A stretch of 64,000 bases of DNA from assembly GCA_963695225.1 (NCBI GenBank), contig OY968762.1:1344001-1408000 (forward strand). The letters are read 5' to 3'. Source of the stretch: Vulcanimicrobiota bacterium. GTDB lineage: Bacteria > Vulcanimicrobiota > Vulcanimicrobiia > Vulcanimicrobiales > Vulcanimicrobiaceae. The stretch's first letter is position 1, and every line of letters begins with the position of its first letter. Below the pieces are notes generated by a model. That model was not told the origin of the DNA, did no database searches, and saw nothing but the letters and a program-made list of their open reading frames with translations. Positions 1 to 9,658 of the stretch are shown one piece after another. The position numbers and the translations under genes were made by a program.

Positions 1-660
1 GAGCGGCGTGCGCGCCTCGTCGATGAGGATCGAATCGACTTCGTCGACGATCGCGAAATGCAGGTCGCGCTGGACCATCTGCTCGAGCGACCAGGCCATG
101 TTGTCGCGCAGGTAGTCGAAGCCGACTTCGTTGTTCGTCACGTACGTGATGTCGCAGTTGTAGGCGGCGCGGCGGGCCTCGGCCGGGAGGTCGTGCTGGA
201 TCACGCCCAGCGTCAAGCCGAGGAAGTGATAGATCGGGGACATCCACTCGGCGTCGCGGCGGGCGAGGTAGTCGTTGACCGTCACGACGTGGACGCCCCG
301 GCCGAGCAGGGCGTTCGCGTAGACGGCGAGCGTCGCGACGAGCGTCTTCCCTTCGCCCGTCTTCATCTCGGCGACCTTGCCTTCGTGGAGAACCTGGCCG
401 CCCATGATCTGAACGTCGAAATGCCGCATCCCGAGCGTGCGCTTGGAGGCCTCCCGGACGACCGCGAACGCCTCCGGCAGCATCGAGTCGAGCGTTTCGC
501 CCTTTTCGAGCCGCTGCTTGAACTCGGCGGTCTTCGCCTTGAGCGCCTCGTCGGAGAGCGCCGAGAGCTTCGGTTCGAGGGCGTTGACGGCCACCGCGGT
601 CTTCCGCAGACGCGCGACCTCACGCTCGTTCGGATCGAAGAGATTCTTCAGGAAAGCCAT
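1..660 (-). CDS. secA: Preprotein translocase ATPase SecA, 5' part (runs off the left edge)
   Basis: Not in the ORF track. Manual translation from ATG 660 gives [14 protein letters not shown]...[12 protein letters not shown]...[11 protein letters not shown]...[14 protein letters not shown]...GFDYLRDNM...[18 protein letters not shown], the SecA NBD1 motifs. Confidence 0.98.
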   Translation of the reverse strand, partial: MAFLKNLFDPNEREVARLRKTAVAVNALEPKLSALSDEALKAKTAEFKQRLEKGETLDSMLPEAFAVVREASKRTLGMRHFDVQIMGGQVLHEGKVAEMKTGEGKTLVATLAVYANALLGRGVHVVTVNDYLARRDAEWMSPIYHFLGLTLGVIQHDLPAEARRAAYNCDITYVTNNEVGFDYLRDNMAWSLEQMVQRDLHFAIVDEVDSILIDEARTPL

Positions 661-704
661 ACGAAGGGTTAACCGTTCTTCCTAATTCAAAGTTCCGGGC
701 GGCG

Positions 705-833
705 CTAGTGGTGCCCGATGACGACGTACGCGACGATGGCGAGGACGACGAGGATTCCGAGCGCGATCGCGATCCGAAGAAAGTCCCGGGGCTTAGGCCC
801 CGGGGCGCCCGTATTGATGATTTGCCTGCCCAT
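705..833 (-). CDS. Small single-pass membrane protein (42 aa)
   Basis: MGRQIINTGAPGPKPRDFLRIAIALGILVVLAIVAYVVIGHH; clear hydrophobic helix, genome-typical codons, fills the gap between the deacetylase and secA. Confidence 0.6.
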   Translation of the reverse strand: MGRQIINTGAPGPKPRDFLRIAIALGILVVLAIVAYVVIGHH

Positions 834-886
834 TATACTAGGCCGATTTCGCCCCGTGTCACGTAAAACCGCTAAGCGGACCGGCG

Positions 887-1711
887 CTAGATCGAGACCC
901 GGACGGGGTGCTCCAGGTAGTCGTTCCCGCTCTCCCGGAGGAGTTCTTCGGCCGTCACGAACTTGAAGCCGGCCTTCCGGAAGCGGTCGACGACCTCCGG
1001 AATCATCTCGATCGTCGGGAGGCGGCCGCTGTGCAGCAAGACCAGATCGGGCGCGGTCGCGTACTCCACCATGTGGTCCACGATCGCTTGTGGCCCGACC
1101 GTGCGCCAATCGCCCGGGTCGTCCGTCCAGAGGACGACGTCGAAACCCGCCCGCTGGACGGCGAGCACGGTCGCTTCGGTGAAACGGCCGTGCGGCGGCC
1201 GCATCATCGTGCGCACCGACGAATCGGCCGTGAAGCGGCCCAGAGCGCCTGCTGCGTCGTCGAGTTCGCGCTTGATCTCGTCCGGGCCGAGCGCGTCGAG
1301 GTTCGGATGCGTCATCGTATGGTTCGCAATCTCGTGTCCCTCGCGCGCGATGCGGGCGGTGATCTCGGGGAACTCTTGGGCGTCGCGCCCGATCAGGAAG
1401 AACGTCGCCGGAACGTGCAGGTCGGCGAGCACGTCCAGCAGGAGGGGCGTCTTGACCGGGTACGGACCGTCGTCGAACGTCAGGGCGATCAGCTTTGGAG
1501 CGGCCGCGCGGTCGGGCGCCGGCCGTGCGGCGAGGAGCCGGGCGAGGCGCGCATCGGCCTGCATCGAGACCGCGCGGTGGGCATCTTCGTCGTGGCGGAC
1601 GATGATCGGCGTGGGCGGCTCCGCGCCGCGCACGAAGTACTGGTACGCGCCGGCCCCGAGGAGGGCGACGGGGAAGAGCGCGAACGCGGCGAGGCGGGAA
1701 GCGCGGCTCAC
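887..1711 (-). CDS. Polysaccharide deacetylase (CE4/NodB family), membrane-anchored
   Basis: LTFDDGP, NHTMTHP, RPPHG, DPGDW, LLH motifs; N-terminal hydrophobic segment; GTGA overlap with LCP stop. Confidence 0.93.
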   Translation of the reverse strand: MSRASRLAAFALFPVALLGAGAYQYFVRGAEPPTPIIVRHDEDAHRAVSMQADARLARLLAARPAPDRAAAPKLIALTFDDGPYPVKTPLLLDVLADLHVPATFFLIGRDAQEFPEITARIAREGHEIANHTMTHPNLDALGPDEIKRELDDAAGALGRFTADSSVRTMMRPPHGRFTEATVLAVQRAGFDVVLWTDDPGDWRTVGPQAIVDHMVEYATAPDLVLLHSGRLPTIEMIPEVVDRFRKAGFKFVTAEELLRESGNDYLEHPVRVSI

Positions 1712-3021
1712 TTGACCGCGGACGCCTCCGCATGGAGCGTCGCGACGAAATCCCGCCCGACGATGACGGTCACGTCGGTATCGGCGTCTTCGCTCGGCGT
1801 CTGCACCGGCGCGACGGTCGCCGCCGGGAGCGCGAGCGAGCGCAAGCGTTCTCCCGCCAGGGGCGTCTTCGCCGAATGCACGTGGATCTCGGTCGCGTCG
1901 TAGCCGAAGGAGTCGGCGTTCGCCACCGTCCCGATGGTGAAGCCCTTTCGCTTCAAGAACCCGGCCATCTTCAGGCCCGCGCCGGGTTCCCCGCTCCCGT
2001 TGCGCACGCTGACGGTCACGCTCTTGGGATCGACGGCGGCGACGGCCTGCGGGTCTATCGGCACGTCCGGGAGGATCGGATCGAGGAACAGCTTCTGGAC
2101 CAGCTTCCCCTTTGCGTCCTCATCCGCCAGCAGCACGTTCCCGCAGCACGGCGTGTCGATCGCTTCCGTGAACGGCACCTGATCCCGCTTGATCGAGGCG
2201 ACGTCGATCGCCGCGAAAGCGGCCGCGATGCTCTTCATCTCGTCGAACGAGAAGTCGGTGTAGACGTTCTTGCGCAACACCGCGAGCAATTGCGGGATGT
2301 GCGTAAAGTCGTTCAGGCCGTCGGATTTGATCTTGCCGATCGCGATCGCGATCACTTGCTGCTGGCGTTTGATCCGGCAGGGATCTCCGCAGGCGTCGTG
2401 CCGGAAGCGGCTGTACGAGACGGCCTGCTCGCCGTTCATGTGATACTTCCGGCCGCCCTTGAAATGGATGTGGAGATGCCCCCAGCTGTCGTCGTAATCC
2501 ATCGTCTCGTCGGGGACGACGTCGATCCCGCCGATCGCGTCGATCAAGTCCTTGCTCGCGTCGATCCGCAGCGTCACGTACCGGTCGAACCCCGACAGCC
2601 CCAAGAAGGAAGCGACGGTTTCCTCAGCGCGCGTCGGGCCGCCGAGCGCGTAGGCCGTGTTGATCTTGTCCTTCCGCGCGCTCGGCGTGATGGGAGCGTA
2701 CATGTCGCGCGGAACGGAGAGGATCGAAAGCGAGGGCTTCGGGTTCGCATCGGTCGGGAAGTTGACGGAGAGCGCCATGATGGTATCGCTGCGCGCGTTC
2801 GTCGAGAACTCCTGATCCTTGGCGTCGTAGTCGTAGTCGAGCCCCATGACGAGTACCGTGATGCGGTCTTTCGCAAAGTGTCGCTGCGGCGGCTCCACGA
2901 ACATCGCCGTGAAGGCCTGCGCGGCCGTCTGGTGGTGCCGCAGCGCCCGAAGGGCGACGTATCCACCGGCGACTGCCAGGACGAATGCGAGCGCGAGCCC
3001 CGCGTAGCGCGCGAACTTCAT
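1708..3021 (-). CDS. LCP (LytR-CpsA-Psr) glycopolymer transferase with C-terminal LytR_C domain
   Basis: N-terminal TM, RSDTIM, LSVPRD, KINTAY, YSRFRHD, RIKRQQ; C-terminal VSVRNGSG...DVTVIVGRD; ATG 3021 overlaps rimO stop (ATGA). Confidence 0.93.
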   Translation of the reverse strand: MKFARYAGLALAFVLAVAGGYVALRALRHHQTAAQAFTAMFVEPPQRHFAKDRITVLVMGLDYDYDAKDQEFSTNARSDTIMALSVNFPTDANPKPSLSILSVPRDMYAPITPSARKDKINTAYALGGPTRAEETVASFLGLSGFDRYVTLRIDASKDLIDAIGGIDVVPDETMDYDDSWGHLHIHFKGGRKYHMNGEQAVSYSRFRHDACGDPCRIKRQQQVIAIAIGKIKSDGLNDFTHIPQLLAVLRKNVYTDFSFDEMKSIAAAFAAIDVASIKRDQVPFTEAIDTPCCGNVLLADEDAKGKLVQKLFLDPILPDVPIDPQAVAAVDPKSVTVSVRNGSGEPGAGLKMAGFLKRKGFTIGTVANADSFGYDATEIHVHSAKTPLAGERLRSLALPAATVAPVQTPSEDADTDVTVIVGRDFVATLHAEASAVK

Positions 3022-4451
3022 CGCTTGGCCGACCATCCTCCGGCGGTCGCCGGGACGCGGGCGGCCTCACCGTAGAAATCGAAGCTCGTCGACCCGCGCA
3101 ACGTCACCTCCACGAACGTCCCGGCCGGCGCCTCCGCCGCAAAGTAGATCCCGCCGTCGACACCCGGCGCCTCGCCGGGCGAACGTCCGAACGTCGCGCG
3201 CGCCGCTCCGAGCGCGCCCCGTAGCGGGTCGCTCTTGCGTAGCGCCCGGCTCCCCTCGACGAGGACGCGCACCGTCTCGCCGACGCGCCGCGCGCGCGCG
3301 CGTTCCGAAGCGCGCCGCTGCGCCTCGCGCAGGCGGAGCAAGCGCGTGCGCTTCTCGCGCGCGGGAACTTGATCCGGCAACGCGGCCGCCGGCGTCCCCT
3401 CCTCGCGGCTATAAACGAAGAAGCCGACGCGGTCCAGTTCCGCGCGCGCGAGCCACGCTTCGAGATACGCGACGTGCTCCTCGCGTTCGCCCGGGAAGCC
3501 GACGATGAACGTCGAGCGCAGCGTGATCCCGGGGACGCGGCGGCGGAACTCGTCGACGATCTCGAGATACCGCTCCCCATTCGAAGGCCGCAGCATCGCA
3601 CGCAAGATCTCGGGATGCGCGTGCTGCAACGGCATGTCGAGGTAGGCGCAGACCTTCGGCAAGCGCGCCATCGCCTCGATCAGGTCATCGTCGACGGTCG
3701 CCGGGTAGAGGTAGAGCAGGCGGATCCATTCGAGCGCTTCGATCTCGTTCAACTCCGCGAGCAGCGCCGCGAGGCCGCCGCGGCGGAGGCTTCGGTCCCG
3801 GCCGTACATCGATGTGTCCTGCGCGATCAGGATCAGCTCCCGCGTCCCGCCTGCGGCGAGCGCCCGCGCCTCCGCGAGGATCGATTCGAGGCTGCGGCTG
3901 CGGAACGGGCCACGCAACTGCGGGATGATGCAGAACGTGCACGGATGGTCGCAGCCTTCGGCGACCTTGAGATACGCGGTAGCTCTCGGGGTGGTGATCA
4001 AGCGCGGGAGGAAATCGTGTTCGGGTTCCTCCAGGAACTCCAGCCGAACGGGGGCGAGCCCCGCGCTCGCCTCGTCGAGGACCTCGACGATCGACGCGAA
4101 GGCACCCGTCCCGACGACCCCGTCGATCTCAGGGACGAGAGAGCGCAACTCCTCGCCGAAGCGCTGCGAGAGGCAGCCGGCGACGATCAAGCGTTGGCCC
4201 GGCAGCTTGGCTTGGGCGTGCCGCAAGATCGCGTCCGTCGATTCGGCCTTCGCCGCATCGATGAACGCGCACGTGTTGATGACGATTGCGTCCGCTTCGG
4301 CGGCCTCCGGGACGAGTTCCCAGCCCGCCGAACCGAGTTTCCCGATCATCACCTCCGAGTCGACGAGGTTCTTTGCGCAACCGAGACTGACGAAGGCAAC
4401 CCGCCGAGCTGCGGACGGGGCAAGCCCGGGTCTTGAGGACAGTGAGGACAT
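3018..4451 (-). CDS. rimO: Ribosomal protein S12 methylthiotransferase RimO
   Basis: SLGCAKNLVDSE, INTCAFI, AGCLSQR, radical SAM motif EGCDHPCTFC, RSTFIVGFPGE, TRAM region APGVDG. Confidence 0.95.
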   Translation of the reverse strand: MSSLSSRPGLAPSAARRVAFVSLGCAKNLVDSEVMIGKLGSAGWELVPEAAEADAIVINTCAFIDAAKAESTDAILRHAQAKLPGQRLIVAGCLSQRFGEELRSLVPEIDGVVGTGAFASIVEVLDEASAGLAPVRLEFLEEPEHDFLPRLITTPRATAYLKVAEGCDHPCTFCIIPQLRGPFRSRSLESILAEARALAAGGTRELILIAQDTSMYGRDRSLRRGGLAALLAELNEIEALEWIRLLYLYPATVDDDLIEAMARLPKVCAYLDMPLQHAHPEILRAMLRPSNGERYLEIVDEFRRRVPGITLRSTFIVGFPGEREEHVAYLEAWLARAELDRVGFFVYSREEGTPAAALPDQVPAREKRTRLLRLREAQRRASERARARRVGETVRVLVEGSRALRKSDPLRGALGAARATFGRSPGEAPGVDGGIYFAAEAPAGTFVEVTLRGSTSFDFYGEAARVPATAGGWSAKR

Positions 4452-4499
4452 TGAGCCCTATTGTACCCTCTTTCTCGCCGGGCGACCTGGGACTTCTCT

Positions 4500-4988
4500 C
4501 TACCGATAGTTCGTGAACTGCAGCGGGAGTTCGTAATCGAGCGCCTTCAGCAGTGCCTGGACCTTCTGGAGATCGTCGCGGCTCTTGCCGGAGACGCGGA
4601 TCTGGTCGTCTTGGAACTGCGCGTTGACCTTGAGCTTCGCGCCCTTGATCGCCTCGAGCAAGGGCTTGCTCTTGTCCTTGGGGATCCCGCTGCGCACGGT
4701 GATCGTCTGCCGCACGGCATTCCCGGCGGCCGGCTCGACCTTCCCGTATTCGAACGCCTTGATCGAGATGCCGCGCTTGGTCGCGCGGCTCTGCAGCATA
4801 TCCACGACGTTCTTGAGCTTGAGCTCGTCGTCGGTCGTGATCGTGATCGTCTTGTCGGTGCTCTCGACGCTCGTCTTCGAATGCTTGAAATCGAAACGGC
4901 CCTCGATCTCCTTGCGCGTCTGATTCAGGGCGTTGTCGAGTTCTTGTGGATCGACGCGCGAAACGACGTCGAAGGAACTATCGGCCAT
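4500..4988 (-). CDS. yajQ: YajQ family nucleotide/c-di-GMP-binding protein
   Basis: SFDVVS, RFDFK, IRVSGKSRDDLQ, PLQFTNYR. Confidence 0.96.
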   Translation of the reverse strand: MADSSFDVVSRVDPQELDNALNQTRKEIEGRFDFKHSKTSVESTDKTITITTDDELKLKNVVDMLQSRATKRGISIKAFEYGKVEPAAGNAVRQTITVRSGIPKDKSKPLLEAIKGAKLKVNAQFQDDQIRVSGKSRDDLQKVQALLKALDYELPLQFTNYR

Positions 4989-5817
4989 TTTGCTCCTGGG
5001 CTAAGGGAAACGAGCGCTCGACGACGCTCCCCGGAGCGCCGAGCGTACCAAGGCTTCGGCCGTTCACCGCGACCTCGACGCCGCCGGCATTTCCGACGCG
5101 GACCGTGGCGATATGGCCGTGAAACGTCTTGTCGGAGCCCGCCGGGAGCAGGCCTTCGAACTCGGATTTGCCGTCGACCACGACGCGCAGCCACGAATTC
5201 GCAACCGTGTGGACGGTGAGCGTCGCCGTCGCGGCCAACGGGCCGCCGGGCATCGTCGAGGCCGGGTTCGGAAAACCGCTGGCGCCGGATGCCGCGGGCG
5301 CGGGGAGCGCCCCCGGGACCGCCGCGGCGGCGCTCCCGGAACCGGGCGAAGCGGCGGCCGCGGTCCCCGCCGGGGCGGCGCCCGAAGCAGCCGGCGCGGG
5401 GCTCGAGGCAGCGGTCGGCGCGGGCGCCGAGTTCCCGCGCAGCATCTGGACGTACGTGAAGCCGACGAGCAGCACGAGCAGAACGGCGACGCCGCCGAGG
5501 ATCCAAACGAGCGGCGACGTCGGCCGGGGTTCGTCGAAATCGACCGAGCGGTAGGCGCCGACCGCCGTCTGCACGGGCTCCGCACCGGCGAGCGTCTCGT
5601 TATAGCGATCGATCGCTCGCTCGGGGTCGACCCCGAGAAATCGTGCGTACGTCCGCAAGAACCCGCGCACGTAGACCGGCGCCGCGATCGCGGACCAGTT
5701 CTCGTCTTCGATGCCCTGCAGGTAGACCGCGCGGATATGAATCTGCTCGGAGACATCGGAAAGCGAAAGCTTTCGCGCCTCGCGCGCAGCCCGGAATTCC
5801 TCTCCGAGTGACGGCAT
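4978..5817 (-). CDS. rodZ: RodZ-like cell-shape protein (HTH, TM, DUF4115)
   Basis: LGEEFRAAREAR...YVRGFLRTYARFLG HTH, single TM, C-terminal SWLRV...RVGNAGGVEVAVNG. Confidence 0.9.
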   Translation of the reverse strand: MPSLGEEFRAAREARKLSLSDVSEQIHIRAVYLQGIEDENWSAIAAPVYVRGFLRTYARFLGVDPERAIDRYNETLAGAEPVQTAVGAYRSVDFDEPRPTSPLVWILGGVAVLLVLLVGFTYVQMLRGNSAPAPTAASSPAPAASGAAPAGTAAAASPGSGSAAAAVPGALPAPAASGASGFPNPASTMPGGPLAATATLTVHTVANSWLRVVVDGKSEFEGLLPAGSDKTFHGHIATVRVGNAGGVEVAVNGRSLGTLGAPGSVVERSFPLAQEQNGR

Positions 5818-5860
5818 GGCGTTTGGAGTTTGCCCAGTCGTTCGGTTATCCTCTGCATTG

Positions 5861-6946
5861 ATGGAACGCGTGATCGCCGCGATGAGCGGCGGAGTCGATT
5901 CCGCCGTCGCGGCGGGCCTGCTGGTCGAAGCGGGCTACGAGGTCGTCGGCGTGACGATGAAGATGTACGCACCCTCGCGTTCCCCGCACGCGAAGTCGTG
6001 CTGCGGCGCTCGGGATTTCGACGATGCGCGGCGGAGCGCTGCGCGCATCGGAATTCCGCACTACGTGCTCGATTTCGAAGAGACGTTCGCGCGCAACGTC
6101 GTCGCGCGCTTCGCCGACGATTACCGCCGGGGACGAACGCCGAATCCGTGCGTTGCGTGCAACAACTTCGTCAAGCTCGGAGCGCTGCGCGCGTACGCCG
6201 GCCGGCTCGGCGCGCGGTACGTCGCGACCGGGCACTATGCGCGTCTGGAGCACGGCCCCGACGGTCCGCATCTCTTCGCCGCCGCCTCCGCTGCGAAGGA
6301 CCAGTCCTACACGCTCGCGCAGCTTACGCCCGCGCAGCTCGACGGACTCTTGCTCCCGCTCGGGGACCTCGAGAAAACGGAGACGCGGGTGCACGCGGAA
6401 CGGCTCGGACTGCCCGTGCATGCCAAGCCGGATTCCCAGGACATCTGTTTCGTCGAAGGCGGCGACTACCGGGCGTTGCTCGAGCGCGGGGAGGCCACGG
6501 GGGAACCGGCGGGCGCCGTCGTCACCACCGACGGCACGCCCGTCGGGCGGCACGGCGGCATCTCCGGCTTCACGATCGGCCAGCGGCGCGGCCTGCCGCC
6601 GACGACGTTCAACGACGGGCCGCGTTACGTTACGCGCATCGACCCGCTCTCGAACACGATCGTGATCGGCCGCGAGGAGGAACTTGCCGGGTTCGGCCTG
6701 CTCGCCGGAGAGCTGAATCTGATCCGGCCCGAACGCTTCGCCTCCGGCCCGGTCCGGGTTCGCGCGATGACGCGCTATCGCGCTCCGCTGAATTTCGCGC
6801 GCGCCGAGGTCGAGCCCGGCGGAAACGGCCTGCGGCTGACGTTCGAGACGCCGGAGCGCGCGATCGCCCCCGGACAACTCGTCGCCCTCTACGACGAAGC
6901 CTCGGACGAGGTACTCGGGGCCGCGACGATCGTCAAATCGCTCTGA
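5861..6946 (+). CDS. mnmA: tRNA 2-thiouridine(34) synthase MnmA
   Basis: AMSGGVDS, TPNPCVACN, ATGHYAR, KDQSY, DSQDICF, FTIGQRRG, AIAPGQ; ATG 5861 preferred because the longer ORF start overlaps rodZ. Confidence 0.96.
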   Translation: MERVIAAMSGGVDSAVAAGLLVEAGYEVVGVTMKMYAPSRSPHAKSCCGARDFDDARRSAARIGIPHYVLDFEETFARNVVARFADDYRRGRTPNPCVACNNFVKLGALRAYAGRLGARYVATGHYARLEHGPDGPHLFAAASAAKDQSYTLAQLTPAQLDGLLLPLGDLEKTETRVHAERLGLPVHAKPDSQDICFVEGGDYRALLERGEATGEPAGAVVTTDGTPVGRHGGISGFTIGQRRGLPPTTFNDGPRYVTRIDPLSNTIVIGREEELAGFGLLAGELNLIRPERFASGPVRVRAMTRYRAPLNFARAEVEPGGNGLRLTFETPERAIAPGQLVALYDEASDEVLGAATIVKSL

Positions 6947-7693
6947 ATGACGCGTAACTGGACGCAGCGGCGCGGCGTGATCCGCCGCTCCCCGATGCAA
7001 ACAGGGCTTGGCCTCTACACCCGCAGCCTGCTGGTGCGCGGCCGCGTGCGCGAGCGCGTCGAGGGACTCGAATTCGTCCCCGCCTCCGGCCCGACGCTGA
7101 TCGTCGCGCGGCACGTCCATCACGAGTTCGACGGCGCGATCCTCGAACAGCATCTCGGACGCGACGTGCACATCTTCGTCGGGCTCGATTGGATCGAACG
7201 GCGCTTCGTGCGCGTGCTGATGGAGCGCCTCTGCGCCGCGGTCGCGTGGCCCGTCGCGCTCCGGCCGGGCGCGCTCGAGGCGGACGGCGCGCGCTCGGCG
7301 TTCGCGTCGAAGGAGACGTTCCGCTATCTCCAGACCGCGACGCGCCGCACCGTCGAACTGCTGCGCGCCGGGAAGCTCGTCGTCATCTTCCCGGAAGGCT
7401 TCCCCGATATCGATCCCAAGGGCTCGCGCAAGCCCGAGGGCCGCATGCTCCCGTTTCAAGACGGCTTCGCGCGCTTCATCGAACTCGCCGAACGGGACGG
7501 GCGCACGCACGTCGCCGTCGTCCCGGCCGGCTTCTCGTTCTCGGGGCGAGGGCATCGGTACCCCGTCGCGCGCTTCGGCCCGCCTTTACGGCGAGCCGCC
7601 TACCCGAGCCGCCGGGCTTTCATCGACGAGTTGGAGCGGCGCGTCGCCGCCCTCTCGGCCGCCCCGCCCAGGAGCGATCTGCGCCAAAGGTGA
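6947..7693 (+). CDS. Lysophospholipid/glycerol acyltransferase (PlsC-like)
   Basis: VEGLEFVPASGP, HxxxxD motif (RHVHHEFD), VIFPEG. Confidence 0.8.
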   Translation: MTRNWTQRRGVIRRSPMQTGLGLYTRSLLVRGRVRERVEGLEFVPASGPTLIVARHVHHEFDGAILEQHLGRDVHIFVGLDWIERRFVRVLMERLCAAVAWPVALRPGALEADGARSAFASKETFRYLQTATRRTVELLRAGKLVVIFPEGFPDIDPKGSRKPEGRMLPFQDGFARFIELAERDGRTHVAVVPAGFSFSGRGHRYPVARFGPPLRRAAYPSRRAFIDELERRVAALSAAPPRSDLRQR

Positions 7694-7749
7694 CGCTCGG
7701 GCTTGCGGCACCGGACTCTCTTGCTCCGTCCGGCGAGCCGCCGAGCGGC

Positions 7750-8835
7750 CTAGGAAACCGAGGCGAGCGGGTATTCCGGGCGCAGATTCCAATACGTGTC
7801 GCGGATGACGGGGTTGAAGCCCGCGCCGCGGATCACGTCTTCGAGCTGCTTGCGCGTCGCCTCGTTCGAAGCGCCGGCATCGTGCACGACGCGCTCTTCC
7901 AGGATCGTGCCGCCCATGTCGTCGCAGCCGTAAAAGAGAGCGAGTTGCCCCATCTTCACGCCCGGCGTCAGCCACGACGCCTGCAGGTGCGGGAAGTTGT
8001 CGAGGTAGAGGCGCGAGAGCGCGAGGACGCGCAGGTATTCGAGTCCGGTCGCTTCCTTGCCGCGCAGATACGTGTTGTACGGGACGTAATACCACGGGAT
8101 GAAAGCGGTGAAGCCGCCCGTTTCGTCCTGCTGCGCGCGCATCACTTCGAGGTGCTCGATCCGCTCTTCGATCGTCTCGATCGAACCGAACATCATCGTC
8201 GCGGTCGTCGGCATGCCGAGCAACTGCGCTTCGCGCATGATCCCCATCCACTCGTCGGGCTTGATCTTTCGCGCGCTGATCCGCTTGCGGACGCGTTCGA
8301 CGAGGATCTCCGCACCCGCGCCCGGGAGCGACTTGAGGCCCGCCGCCTTCAGGCGCACGAGCACCTCGCGCGGCGTCATCCCCTCGACCTTCGCGAGGCC
8401 GTTGATCTCGGAGACCGAGAGCGAGTGGATATCGACGCCGGGAAACTCGACGCCGACGCGCCGGAAGAGCTCTTCGAACCAGCCGATCCGCAATTCGGGG
8501 TTGACGCCGCCCTGGATCATGATCTGCGTGGCGCCCTGATCCGCGGCGAACTTCACGCGCTCGAGCACCTGCTCGTGCGACATCGTGTAGCCCTCGGCGG
8601 ACTTCTCAGGCCGGAAGAAGGCGCAGAACGTGCAGTGCACGTTGCAGACGTTCGTGTAGTTGATCGTCGTGTCGATCACGTAGGTGACGTCGTTCGTCGG
8701 GTACAGCGACATCCGGCGATGATGCGCGGCCGCGCCGAGTTCGGAGAGCGGCGCTTCCTTGTACAGGCGCACGCCCTCCGCGAAGCCGAGCCGGCCGCCG
8801 GTCGCGGCTCGATCGATCAGGTCAGCGAGCGACAA
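7750..8835 (-). CDS. mqnC: Cyclic dehypoxanthinyl futalosine synthase MqnC (radical SAM)
   Basis: NYTNVCNVHCTFCAF, QGGVNP, PGAGAEIL, TTATMMFG, QASWLT, GCDDMGGTILEE; operon with mqnE and mqnA. Confidence 0.92.
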   Translation of the reverse strand: MSLADLIDRAATGGRLGFAEGVRLYKEAPLSELGAAAHHRRMSLYPTNDVTYVIDTTINYTNVCNVHCTFCAFFRPEKSAEGYTMSHEQVLERVKFAADQGATQIMIQGGVNPELRIGWFEELFRRVGVEFPGVDIHSLSVSEINGLAKVEGMTPREVLVRLKAAGLKSLPGAGAEILVERVRKRISARKIKPDEWMGIMREAQLLGMPTTATMMFGSIETIEERIEHLEVMRAQQDETGGFTAFIPWYYVPYNTYLRGKEATGLEYLRVLALSRLYLDNFPHLQASWLTPGVKMGQLALFYGCDDMGGTILEERVVHDAGASNEATRKQLEDVIRGAGFNPVIRDTYWNLRPEYPLASVS

Positions 8836-9658
8836 GATCCACCTCGGGCTCGACGGACGGCCGCGCGCCGATCGCGCCGATCGCCGCCAGCTCGTCGGCG
8901 AACCGGCCCAGGCCCAAGAGCGCGCGCTCGTCGAGTTCGAAGTTCAACGTCTCGTAATACGCTCGATAGAAACCGGCCGGGCGCGTGACGTGCGCCTGCG
9001 CGTCCGCGATGACGGGTTCGGGGTTCGCGTAACCCCAGGCGCGCGACGCGACGAGCGATTCCAAGGCGGCGCGCACGCCCTCGGGATTCGACCGGACGAC
9101 CTCGCGCCGCGCCGCCCAAACCGCGTAAACCATGTCGAGACCGGTCCACTCGTGCCAGAGCGAGCCGAGATCGTAGACGAGCCCCGGCGCGAACCGCAAC
9201 TGCGCGTCGATCGCGCGGTCGCCGATCATGAACGCGGGCTTCCCGCCGAGCGCGTATTCGAGCGGGTCGTCGACTTCGACGAACCGGGCCCGCACGCCGT
9301 AACGGCGTTCGAGCAGAATGCGCAAGAGATTCCGGCCGCTCGCCGATTCCCGCGTCACGCCGATCTCGGCCCCGTCGAGCGCGGAGGGAGGTTCCGGGCT
9401 CACGAGCACGACCGACCACACGTCGCCGCGCGAGCCGATGCAGAGCCGGCCGAGCAGCGCAAGCCGGTCCGCGTTCGCGAGGTACGCGAACGCGCTGATC
9501 GGGCTCAGGTCGAGGCGCCCGTCGAGCAGCATCGCGTTCAACTCCGCCGGCACGGCTTCGACGAGCGAACCGGGGAAGGCGACCGCGCCGCGGTCGAACG
9601 CGGCGTAGACCGGAATATCGTTCGTGTAGACGATGCGCCCCGCGCGCAGCGGGCTCAA
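8822..9658 (-). CDS. mqnA: Chorismate dehydratase MqnA (MqnA/MqnD family)
   Basis: GRIVYTNDIPVY, PAELN, CIGSRGDVWSV, IGDRA, DLGSLWHEWTGLDMVYAVW; TTG 9658 overlaps mqnE stop (TTGA). Confidence 0.88.
   Translation of the reverse strand: MSPLRAGRIVYTNDIPVYAAFDRGAVAFPGSLVEAVPAELNAMLLDGRLDLSPISAFAYLANADRLALLGRLCIGSRGDVWSVVLVSPEPPSALDGAEIGVTRESASGRNLLRILLERRYGVRARFVEVDDPLEYALGGKPAFMIGDRAIDAQLRFAPGLVYDLGSLWHEWTGLDMVYAVWAARREVVRSNPEGVRAALESLVASRAWGYANPEPVIADAQAHVTRPAGFYRAYYETLNFELDERALLGLGRFADELAAIGAIGARPSVEPEVDLVAR

Noticed and set aside
58..672. Plus-strand 204-aa ORF and the many other long antisense or alternate-frame ORFs (e.g. 19176-21935, 45274-48921, 45182-47923)
   Set aside because: Shadow ORFs of well-supported genes in high-GC DNA; Arg/Pro-rich with no motifs
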